In this document: positions 13,924 through 25,838 of the stretch, piece by piece | Numbering within the stretch: the first letter of the stretch is position 1 | How the letters are laid out: every line of letters begins with the position of its first letter | NCBI RefSeq assembly: GCF_037042905.1 | Contig: NC_087245.1 | Location: forward strand, 32,428,001-32,492,000 | DNA length: 64,000 nucleotides | Source of the DNA: Lytechinus pictus | Taxonomy: Eukaryota | Direction: 5' to 3' | The notes under the pieces: generated by a model | What the model was told of the DNA's origin: nothing | What the model saw: only the letters and a program-made list of their open reading frames with translations | The model's database searches: none | Translations under genes and position numbers: made by a program

Positions 13924-16900
13924 GTTGACATCATAAAACATGATAATTATGATATCCTTGATGAGATATATTTGAAATATGCATATACGTGCTAAAGTGA
14001 TGTTGCAAAAAGAAATATCACAAAAAGTATTTCAAAAGGGGCATATGGCCCATGACTTTACAAATACTTTTCACGGAAAAGCAATCATTTGCAGATCATA
14101 TAGGCACATCACAATCTCCTCAGTCAAAATGTAATTCTTCTTTAACAGATTCCGCTCAGCTTTTTCTTCTCGGTGTCTATGTCTTTTAGAGTCAGGATCA
14201 CGATAGACAATAATAGAAAATAAAAGACCTTAACACTCTTATAACAATACACGTATATTATTCCGGAAATTCGCAAGTGACAAATTACCGGTTTGCTATA
14301 ATTGTATTCTATATTGAATGTTAATCACATGCATGCAATGTGATGCAATTTCAGTTTAAGAAACAGTGACAAATAAAAGGTACGCGACTCAACTTACTCA
14401 ACAATCATTTTTGCGATTTATATGGAGTGCAACGTCATCCTATTTCTCTTTCTCAATTATTGGAATGCAGCTAAAAGGTAATTCTAAGTCTATTTTCTGA
14501 TATCTGCTATCCCTAGCGATGGGCAATGAACTGAAAAGAACCGTTTTATGAGTTATCATACTTCTGATATCACATCTCGGAGATACGCGAGATGGGATGA
14601 TAAACGCGAGTGTCGAACAGAATTCTTGGGAGGTGGATCGGCGGGGGTCACAGTATTCTGTTTCAGGTTCATTCGGAAGCAATTGTGATGTCATGAATAT
14701 GACTGCATTTCTCCCATCCAGGGTAGCTCTGGATTGTTTTTTTTTCTCAGTTTGTCCCAGCATTACTCAGAAGTTTGATGACGTCATAAATATGACTGCG
14801 ATTCTCATACCCAGGGTATATATTTGCCGAGGGTTTCTCTGATCGAAATTTCCTCGGTGTTGGTTGGAACCTTTAACAGTTTTTAGAAATTACCTCTCTA
14901 CATTTTTTGGTAAATTTACCGTAATATTCTTCCGTGAGCTCGGTTGTTTTGTCGGTAATGATTTCTAAATTTGATCACCTGATGACGACTGATTTCTTTC
15001 AAAACAAATTCGGCTTCCTCTCGGATGTGTTCTAAGCTCAATGACGGTGACGACGACGGATAATCCCCCCCCCCCCCGAAATCTCGATTTTTCTTATATG
15101 AAGCTTCAATATTCTAGTAATAAAATGAGGGTTCCGTGTTATTTTGAAAATCATTATGACAAGCAATGAGGAGACTCTCATCCATGAATATACAAAGTGT
15201 TGCGAGAGATGCGGATGGATTCGAATCAAACTCAAATTGGCATTGATCTAGAATTCACATCGCCTACGATTGACAGCAATTTGAGTTTGATATGAAATTT
15301 ATTGTTACTATTTGTGAAATGGGGCGGCCCTGGTTTAGAAGAGTTTTTGTTGCCTCTGACGGCAGTGTCTGAGGTGATAATAGTATTGAGCTGACCCCCC
15401 CCCCCAACAACAAAAAAACGAGAGGCTTATCCCGAATTCTAGGCTATCTCTATACAAGATACTCTCTGAGCTATCGTATTTAAGTTATTTTACTCAAAGC
15501 GATTAGAAGTTAATCCTATTACGAATTAGTTCTTTTCTTTTAAAATCTGTAAACATGGTTACCAGTTAAAGCTATGGATATTCGAGCGAGCGAAACGAAC
15601 TTTATCATGTGGGGCTGCACGTAGACAATTGCGAGAACAATTCGTTTATAAATATCACCAATAATAAGGGAATACTTATATCACTATAAAATATAACACT
15701 AAAAACTAAGTAATTAGTAGGAAATCAAGCAACTAACAGTATGAAATATTTTCTCGCACTATACACTTAAATAAACTTTCATTTACTAAAGGCGGTGATG
15801 AGAATGGAAAGGGCTGTTATGAAAATGAAAATGGGTGTTTTATCAGCAAGAACTTTTTATTAAAACTTGCACTTAGCTTATTGCTGATACAAAAACTATC
15901 ACTTTATAGTTGGAAATATAAAGACCACACCCCATTCATGTTTGTATATGCGTCACGGGGTGGATATATTCCCATCTCCTATCAATTTTATTATAAATAA
16001 ACATCATTAATGTAATCTAACAACACTTTAAGACCGATTCCTTTTCGGAAATCACTCTCCTCAAACTTTTCCTCTCCCTTCTATGCTATTTAAAAATTCA
16101 CAAGTCATATCATACATTTTCTTGCCCCATACGTATTTTCTTCCGTTTCTTGTTTTGTTTTCTTTAAAATAAAAAAAATTACATACACCTCCTTTTAACT
16201 ATTAAACATCTGGGTCAACCCTGGTTCAACGCACTCTGTGCTGCCTGATATAAATAATAATAGCATTTACCAGAGCGTAAGGTGAAGTCCATCAATACTG
16301 GAGGCGCGGAAACAATCAAGTTATGATGTCTATATTTAGGAGGAATAGACAGGGAATATTGTCCAGTATGGGTGTAATGTCTAATATTCCATGGAATACA
16401 GGCGCGGAGTCAGGTGAGGTGGGGGCCCAAGGTGGTCCAAGCCCCCTAATTTCAAAAAATTGTCTTTATTATTTTACTGAAGTTTGTTAATTTTTATGTT
16501 AAGGAGAAACTGCTTTTTGCTTCTAACATTTTTTCTTTTAAAATAATTTATTCATTTATATACTATCATTATCATTTAAATTATCTGTTTGTTTACTATC
16601 ATTATTATTATTATTTTTTTTTTTTGGGGGGGGGGCTCAGGTCAATCCGTGATTCATTCCTTCATTCATGGAATAAAGAGTGCCAACTGTAACAATGGAT
16701 GTAGAAATTAAAAATAAATTAACAAAACTAACAAAGCAACCCCCACCAAAAAAAAAACACCTCAAACATCTTAGACAATATACAGTATTTTTTTAATAAA
16801 TTTATTTTATATTTAGCATCCCCTAAATATAAATTTGATAAAAAAAAATAACGGAAACTTTTACTTAACAAAAGTAAGGTCTATTTGTTTGTAGGGTGGA

Positions 16901-17467
16901 AAATGAAAATAAAAAACACATATTGTTCGATCGCTATATCAATAAAACATGACGAATAAGCTGAATTTGCGTGCGTTAAAGTGAACACTGATACAACCAG
17001 TATTTTTAATCAATATCGAGTAACGTCCTTACCTACTAGTATATCAGAAGCACCATCATAATAGTGGGAGTTTAAAAAAATAACAAGTAGATGCACTTTA
17101 TCTTGAATAGATTAAAAATTAATCTAAGCGCCTGTTTTTAGAGAACAAACAAATATTAGATTAAGAATTATTAATCAACCATAATGAAATTTCATTCTAC
17201 AAGATTTAGTTTTAAATCTAATTTTAGTGAGTTATAAGTGTGGCGATATGAAAGTTTATAACGCCAGATGTAGATCCTGGATTGCTGGGGGTGGGGTTTG
17301 GATGAGTGGAGTGGTAAAATCATTTGAAAATCAAAAAATGAAAAGATCAAACAAAAATGTATTATCTCTCCAAACTTGACTTTTTGTTCTTTGTCTCTCT
17401 TCCTCAAAAAAGAAAAAAAAAGATGATGATCACATTTTGTATATCATTCTCTCTCTCTCTTTCTTAA

Positions 17468-17885
17468 GGCCACCGCACACCTTACGACCCGACTGGTCGG
17501 CGACTGGCTTGCGACTGAGAGAAGGGAGATGAATCGCAAGGTAGTCATAAGCCACGACACCGCACACCTTGCGATCCGATTTGCGACTCACGCATGCGCT
17601 TTTTGCTTTTTGGCATAACAACAAAGAGAATGCGTTTACTACTGCGTATGCGCGTTGTTTATCACATACGCGTCGTGCAACTCTGTTGTCTGATTGGCTG
17701 GAATTTGGATTGAGCTTGCGATCCAGTCATAAGGATTCGACATGTCAAATCCTTCCAATTTTCCTTGCGACTTGTCTCTGACCGGTCTGCGACTCTGAAG
17801 CTGACATGCGCTGTGACGTCACATCTCCCCTCACCCAGTCGCAAGCCAGTCGGCGACTGGTCGGGTCGTAAGGTGTGCGGTGGCC
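17468..17885. mobile_element. Young MITE (418 bp) with ~60-bp GC-rich TIRs, flanked by TTAA
   Basis: TTAA|GGCCACCGCACACCTTACGACCCGAC...GTCGGGTCGTAAGGTGTGCGGTGGCC|TTAA, with internal repeats of TTGCGAC/TGCGAT. Confidence 0.9.
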
Positions 17886-18527
17886 TTAAAACATAAAACG
17901 CGAAATAGACAAGACTACTCCTTTTGTAAGTACTATAACATTAGACATACATGTATTGCAACACATTTTAATATTCACATTCCAATACACGTTTATTTCT
18001 TTCAATGTTTAATATTTGTCAAGTTTTTATGTCTGAAATATTAAACTGCCATCGGAGGGCAAATATCCATTGTTTTTATGACTCGATAATATGAATCTGA
18101 ATCATTTCACTTTTGGAATTCATCCAAGCATTGTTTCTGTATATGATGTTCATATCTATCACATCTGAACTTACTTTCACATGTGGAATCAGAATGTTCT
18201 GAGTGTTGGGTACCTCAACTGAGGTACGATTCGCGTAATTCGATTTCATTGGGGGGGGGGGGGGGAGGGGGTCATAAAATGACTTGTCGGATGTTTTCTT
18301 CAACGAAGTCTGTTTAGTCCGTCAGTTACACGTCCAATTTGGGACACATGCGGATGCAGCAGAAAATGCAGTAATTTCATACTATTTCATTGAAATAAAA
18401 ACGTGGATAAAAAAGAAACAAGCAAAGGTTGGAATACAACGATTTCCTTCCATTTCATATGTTTGGACATCCGGTCCATTCTTACACAAAATGCAATAAG
18501 GGGGATGGTCATTTCGGTATAAATGTA

Positions 18528-18766
18528 CAATGTAAAAACTGTGGTGTTAAAACTGACACCAGTTGGAGTTAATAGAGGACCACACCCTGAGGTGTTAAAA
18601 TTACGCCCTAGAGATTGAACATAACACCAAAGAGTGTATATGTAACAACCAAATGTGTTGTAATAACACTTACAGGTGTTAAACTAACACTTTAAATTTA
18701 ACACCAGTGTGAAATAACTGGTGTGGTCCTCTATGTACATCGGTTAACACCACAGTTTTTGCTGTG
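18528..18766. mobile_element. MITE with CA-start termini, TA TSD and internal ACACC repeats (EnSpm/CACTA-like)
   Basis: TA|CAATGTAAAAACTGTGGTGTTAA...TTAACACCACAGTTTTTGCTGTG|TA. Inner IR AGAGGACCACACC/GGTGTGGTCCTCT. Confidence 0.8.
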
Positions 18767-19480
18767 TATCATGGTTGTGAATTAGTACGTTATAAAAATT
18801 TTACACAAAATAATAACAAATGTGATTTCTTTAAGGCGTCAAATCCATTTAAGTCTATAAAACAAGACTACACTGATCAGAATGTTGGATTATGGGATAG
18901 GAACCTGGTCAGATTTGTATAGTGGAGGGATTGAAGTGGTGCTATATATATACAAACCCGCTGATTTATATTTGCTCTTTAAGTCAAACGGGCATTATTA
19001 GAAGTTATTCTATCGGATGAAGAATAAGATGTGGCTTAAACAACATAAAAGTCATCCCGAATATCATAATTTGCCTGTTGGTATTCAAAATAATTTCATC
19101 CATTATGTGCTATCCCGGAAAAGATTTATTTTCCATTTTATGTTTTCTATCCGTCTATAGGATCGTGTGAAACGTCGTTACATGGCTGGGTGGTGCTGAA
19201 GGAATCACATACATGCACGTAATATTGGCATAGAGCAATGGATCAAATGGAATGAATGATGGCCCATTCAATATTACCGAGGAGTGAATACCAGGACTTC
19301 TTAAATCACCAGCGGCGGATCCCGAGCAAGGGTTGAGGCAAACTGTCCCCTCCCTTTTTACTGAGCATATAGCAATTTGATGAATGCATTTTCATACCGC
19401 ATCCCGATTTCTAATACCCTTTTCGCAGCGAGCGAATCGTGTTTCCACCCTCAACAATCATGCTAAATCCGCCACTTTAA

Positions 19481-20416
19481 GGACGTTCCACAGTTATATT
19501 TGTGCGCATTATGATCTGCGCATAGTTTACACTCTGCGCGCTGACGTCACAATGGATGAACAGGTGATTAATTAGCTGCGGGTATGAGCTGATTTTTCTC
19601 ATCTTCTGCACTTTAACTGCAGATCCGATGCGTTATTTCATGAAGCAAAAAATTTGAATTATTCCATGGACCATTCAAAAAAATATTCTCTACAATTTAA
19701 AAATACTTTACTCTGCAGTGCTGCCAAGAATCACGAATATTACCCCGAGTTTGAATAAATGGTAGAGTGGTTTTGATTTTTTCTTCACATAGATACTAAG
19801 CATTCGGCCCATTTTTGGTGTTTTAAAAAGCACATTTGCTCTAATAAAAATGCTGATAGTTTAAAAACAAGCACATGAACCCCTATTTTTTAATGTTTGT
19901 ACCTCTTAGGTATACCTTCCTCTACAACTCTGCAAATTTTGGTGAAAATGACATGGATTTTGAATAAAGTGCAGCATTTATTGTACGTTTGTAGTTTGTT
20001 ACTGAAATTTTACATTTTTTAGATTGGGATTTTGTTATCTTTTACGCCATTTTTAAGAACTGACAGTGCTGTTAAACTTAAAATTGCAAACAAATAGCAC
20101 TATTAATAGATTCTCCATTCTAACGATACAATTATTAACTCTCTTGCGAAATTTGATGACTTTTTCATGTATTTTGACTGAGTAATGGAGGTTTAAACTC
20201 ATTGTAGTAATCTTGGGCGGTCTAAAAATGCCAAATTATTTTGAATGCGCAATTCTTAAGAACATCAAATTGGGTGAACTTTGAAGCTCTATAGCAAAAA
20301 ATCAAGCACATGGACCTATGTTAATTTTTGCATATTTCGAATATTAAGGTTCTAAAGTATATATGTGCAAAGTTTGGTGAAAATGACATGGATTTCACTT
20401 TAACTGTGGAACGTCC
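19481..20416. mobile_element. Non-autonomous Kolobok-like DNA transposon (936 bp)
   Basis: Perfect 16-bp TIR GGACGTTCCACAGTTA/TAACTGTGGAACGTCC with TTAA on both sides. Internal ~90-bp direct repeat (AAGCACATG...TGGTGAAAATGACATGGATTT) at ~19870 and ~20305. Confidence 0.9.
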
Positions 20417-22674
20417 TTAAGGGGTCCACAATACACAGTTCATGTACTGTATAGCCCTACCCTTTCACCTTTCGCGATTCATTGCACATAATCCTGGCCC
20501 AAAGCGCAATTTTAAGGTGATGAACTTATTGTAAGAGTGATATTGTCTCGGGTGAAGCAGTATGAGCAACCCTTTCAAAATTGTACAAAACAGTCAGCTC
20601 TAAGAAGAGAAGATAGACGTGATGATTAAATTTGACAGATTTTTTTTTTCTTTTCCATGATCCCAAAACTTTATTGCACGAGATTATCGGCATTCATGCT
20701 GTCTTCAGTTTCTTCCGCAATGTAATCTCACAATAATTTGTAAGAAATAATTACACCGGGGGAAAAAAACACAGTCACGTCAGCAGTGCTCATGATTTTC
20801 ATTGTATAATTCTATCTCAATCATATTTTTGCATCCAACTATAAATCATCAATCAGCTAACCCCAAACTATGTATCATGGCGTAATGCCTTACAAACGTT
20901 TATAGTGTTAAAACATGGTGTAGGGTTTTTTTTTTCAAAATAGGCGTAAGCGAGCAAAGCAAGCAAGCAAAATAGTTTTTTTTTTTAATTGAAAATCTAA
21001 TTTTGCGAGAGTTTTTTTGAAGTCCCCTCCCCGGTTGTTAAAGTACCCTTTTTGGAGGATGGGGACAGTGCCCCGATTCGAAAGCCCCCAGTCTGTATGT
21101 CATATATTAATGATAATAAAAACAACGCAGCAACCAGGGAGATGTAATTGGAAGCCGAGAGGCAGAGAAAGAGAGGGAGAGAGTGCGGGGAGGGAGATGG
21201 TGGTGGTGGTGGTGGTGGGGGGGGGGGGGGGGACTCAGTGCACTTAGGGTGTCTCTCTAATCCAATATACTCTTGAAATAAGGGTGGTTCATTATTGAAG
21301 TACATAAAAGGATTACCCATCATGCATGAAATCATTATAAACAGACGTTTAAGAAGAAAAAGAGTAAGAAAAAATATCGAAGAACGTAGAACGATTAGAT
21401 TTATCTTGCACTGAAAGATGGGTATTTTTTTTCAACAAAATAGGTTAGAACAGGGAGCAGGAATAGAAGCTAGGGTGTAATGACTTTTGCATTTTTGGCC
21501 GACCTTCCAACAGAAACGAGAAATACATTAAACAAGAGCATTCATGATAAAATCGCCTTTTTTGCACATTAGAGCATTCACATGAATTAATTTCAGGTAA
21601 TTCATTTTAGCGTCATAATTATGATAATCATAATGGTTGCAAATTCATATTGCGCAATATATTAATGGAAATGCAATGCGTAGCAAGTATACAGGAAACG
21701 AAAATTAACAAGATACGAAAAACCTTTCTTATTATCTCTGCAAAAACACATTACAACTTACAACTTTTTTGAAAATGGTAAAGTTTCATTTTGAATTTAA
21801 ACAAATAGACAGGCGACCCATTTAATGGTCGTATGCAGAAGCTTCTTTCGGGGGAGGGAGGGGAGGGGACGCATATTTTCTGAAAGAAACTCGAAAGGAG
21901 GGATCGAAGCGACCGAGCCTGTCATTGGGGCGATTTGGCACTTCATAACGTGACATGGAAGGATAAAGGAATTCTGGCAAAGTTTTGTTGAAAAAATAGT
22001 ATTCAACCCAAACCAGCTCTGTTTAGCCATAGTGCATTTCCAATTGAGGTAAGGGGACTATTCCAGAGTTTAGGCACAACAATAAATGACAAAGTAAAGG
22101 CAAGCCTTTAGGTTAGGTGATTTCATTGTTAAGAGCTCACCAAGGTACGTGAGGGGCCAAGCCATAATATATTCTCCAGGATGGTGACATCGAAAAGAAC
22201 CTTCATTACCTCTCTCTATTTCATTCTCCCGAGGATCGTGTCATCATCTCCTTACTCATCATAATGCTCATCATCACCATTCTTCATTGTTTCCATGGTA
22301 ACGGTACCCTAAATTTCATCTTCAAATGATGCTTAAATAGCTTTTCATCGTGCTGGCATGAAACATCCTGAGCTTGCCAAAAAATGATTGTTATCATCTG
22401 CTTGCTAGAAAAGGGTTATCAACATAATGTTAAGGACCTTTTGCCGGGCAAGGAACAGACGGTACTGCAATATCGACAAGTTCTGCTTGTCGCATTCTTC
22501 ACCACATTCGAACATCTTGTAAGGTCTTCATCCTGCATTCGGGGTGAATCCGAAGCGACAGTTCGAAAGCTGGTTTGTGATTTAGACGTGAAAAATTCAA
22601 TCTATCAGCGGCATCCTAATCATCCTGTCTCTTCCCGGTATCAGTCACATACGCGGGATAGCATCTCCCTGGTT

Positions 22675-23760
22675 CTCCGACATCGACCTAAAGTTCGACT
22701 AGGTGGTGATGATGGTGAAAATGGGGGAGGAGGACTGTTGTGAGGAGGAGAAATGTCATGATAATGATGATGATGTTGATACCGATAGTGATGACGGTGA
22801 TGATGATGATAGTGATGATGTTGATGATGATGATGATGTTGATAAAGATAGTGATGACTAGAGAGCATGGTGGTGATGATGGTGCAGATGAGGAGGACTG
22901 TTGTGAGGAGGAGGAATGTTCTGAATATGGTGACGATGATGATGATGATGAAAACGATGGTGATGACGATGATGACGGTGATGATAATGATGATGATGTT
23001 CTCCGACATCGACCTATTCACTTCGACTAGAGAGCATGGTGGTGAAGATGATAACGATGATGATGCTGACGGTGATGATAACGATGATGGTGATGATAAT
23101 GATGATGATTTCCGACATCAACCTACAGTTCGACTAGAGATCATGGTGGTGATGATGGTGAAGATGAGGGGAAGGACTGTTATAAGAAGGAGGAATGATA
23201 TGATGATAATGATGATGATGACGATGATGATCTCCGACATCAACCTACAGTTCGACTAAAGAGCATGGTGGTGATGATGGTGCAGATGAGGAAGACTGTT
23301 GTGAGGAGGAGTAATGTTCTGAATATGGTGACAATGATGATGATGAAAACGATGGTGATGACGATGAGGGGAATGATAATGATGATGATCTCCGACATCG
23401 ACCTGCAGTTCGACTAGAGAGCATGATGACGATGATGGTGAAGATGAGGGGAAGGACTGTTGTGAGAATGATGATGATTACGATGATGATGATGATGGTG
23501 GTGATGATGATAATTATGAAGATATCGATGATTATGATGATTGAGGTGCTGCTGCTGCTGATGGTGAAAACGGTGATGATGATGATGATGATGAAAATGG
23601 TGATGATCGTGGTGACGACGATGATGATGATGATGAAAATGGTGATGATTATGTTAATGATGATGAGGACGACGACAAAGATAATAATGGTGATGATGGT
23701 TATTACAATTTTGATGATGTTATATTGACGACGATGCTGCTGCTGCAGTTTGCTGTCGTG
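22675..23760. repeat. Compound minisatellite: conserved ~40-bp anchor interleaved with (GAT)n-rich tracts
   Basis: Anchor CTCCGACATC(G/A)ACCT..AGTTCGACTAGAGAGCATGGTGG at ~22675, 23001, 23110, 23232 and 23390 (partial at ~22856), separated by variable GAT/GAC/GGT triplet runs. Confidence 0.9.
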
Positions 23761-25315
23761 ATGAAAGTGATGACGCTGTTGCTGTTGTAATGGCAATGAT
23801 GATAATGATGTTAATAATGTTGCCACTGCTGCTGTCGCAATCGTCAATATTATACTTAAAGATACGGAATATCGGAAACATAAATAGACTTTGAAGATGG
23901 AACGCATTCAACATATAAGTATATAGATTTGGAATATGCTCTTATTATATATCAATACTATAAGAACATTATATGAGATATACACACCATTCGAACAGTT
24001 TGAGAAAAAAAATTGGACAAAAATTGCCAGTTAAAGTTTAAAAGCCCCTACCGAGCTACGTCTCCGAAAAGACGCGATTATAATGTCGTACCTATAGAAG
24101 CTTGTTGTCGCCTTATCTTCATAATTTTCACATTTCCCCGTTTTCTACAACCATGACAATATTTTGTCTATTTGGTCTAGATTTTGATGTTAATCTATGA
24201 TTATCCAATTAGCTTCCCGGAGAGATTGGATTAGGTACGTAGAGCTGCTAAAGTAATTACGTAGTTATCGAATTATTATTTATTAAAGATGGAATTACCA
24301 TTAAGATGACACATTAATGATAAAAAACCATTAAGCATAAGCTCAGAGGAGTGGCATTCAACATGCTTAAGACTTTCGGATTTCTTACCTGCTTGAAAAT
24401 GTGATTTTGCTATTATTTTCCCTTTGGAAAACCTGCAATTTACTTCACATAATGAAAATTAACGTTTATTTTTTTATGAATACTGTATAAGTGAATACAC
24501 AATAAAATTTTTTGACTTCCTTTATTGTCATGCTGAGCGCCATTAACACCATCACTCAAAAACACAGGACAGGAGTGGATCGATGGGGGAAGGGAGGAGG
24601 GGGAGCATGTGCCCTCCCTTTTGGGCTTAAAATTGTACACACTTAGTACCATGGGGTGAATGCTACCACATAATGCATACATCATCTCCTTTGGAATTGA
24701 GGTTGAAAGAGGTACAATAAATTTTGTAAAAAAAAAGAATAAAAAAAACCTTCATTCATGTAAGCTTCTGACCATTGTTCAAGTGTATACCTTTGTTTTT
24801 GTCCCTTTTGGGCGACAATCCATACCAGTCCACTCCACTGTGTGTTTGCTATAGCGCTCATCCCATCCCATCTTTTTATTTTTTGCTTCTCTAAAAAAGG
24901 GCGAGCGAAGCGAGCCATTTCACATCTGCAGCCACAGTAGACCTAGTCTGCTATGCAGACTCCTTGAATCAGCTGTGGTACACACATTTCAGATGTGGGT
25001 CTACATTTGTAGACTAGCAGGAACTCGGCAGGACAGCATTTTGCTGGTAAACGCCAAGCTGGTATATAACCAATTACCTAGGAAACATTTCCTTTGAAAT
25101 AATACTGAAACTGATCCTTTGAAATAATACTGAACTAAATTTCAGACATTTACACAATCCAAAAGGGAATACTTATCAAACTCATGTTTATATGTGATCA
25201 AATATACATACATACATACATATTATATATATATATATATATAAAAGCTGTAGTATATATATATAATATAATATATATATATAATATATAATATATAGTA
25301 TATAATATATATAGT

Positions 25316-25838
25316 AAACAAATATATCAGGCTTTGAGAAAGTATAGTGGAATTATTTATCCGAGGTTGGTCTGGCAATTACTATTTTTCCCCGAGGGGC
25401 GAAGCCCCGAGGGAAATATAGTAGTTTTGCCAGTCCAACCGAGGATTAATAATTCCCACTATGCTTTCGAATGAAACGCCTGATATATTTGTTTTATATC
25501 CTACTTTTAATAATTTATAACCAAAATCTATGCGCTGAGCTTGCAAATTCCGGTTACTTGCGTTGAATTACCTACTTTTCTCCGAGCCACCGCGCTCAGC
25601 AGAACGCAGATTAGTGTCTGCGCTGACGCATCGCGCTGGACTTGCGCGCCCGGGAGAGAGAGCGCGCAAGCCGGTGCGCCGAGATATCCAGTTTTGTGAA
25701 ATAATGACGTCATAATATTGGTATATCCAAAAATATATCGAGGTCTGACGTCACGCAACATCATAGTTGAAATATATTCGGTCACATGATGCTACTTGAA
25801 CCAATCACTATACAGGATTCAATCTATGTAGGATATAA
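25316..25838. mobile_element. Palindrome-ended non-autonomous element inside a (TA)n tract (possibly Crypton-type)
   Basis: ~180-bp palindrome 25316-25494 centred on GGGGC-GAA-GCCCC. 11-bp IR TTATATCCTAC (25494-25504)/GTAGGATATAA (25828-25838). (TA)n on both flanks. Confidence 0.65.

Noticed and set aside
22675..23430. CRISPR-like repeat/spacer appearance
   Set aside because: Eukaryotic context, the 'spacers' are low-complexity GAT runs of unequal length, and there are no cas genes.
22641..23914. Long Met-, Asp-, His- and Ile-rich ORFs on both strands (up to 220 aa)
   Set aside because: These are translations of a (GAT)n-rich repeat, open in several frames on both strands, with no splice or domain support.
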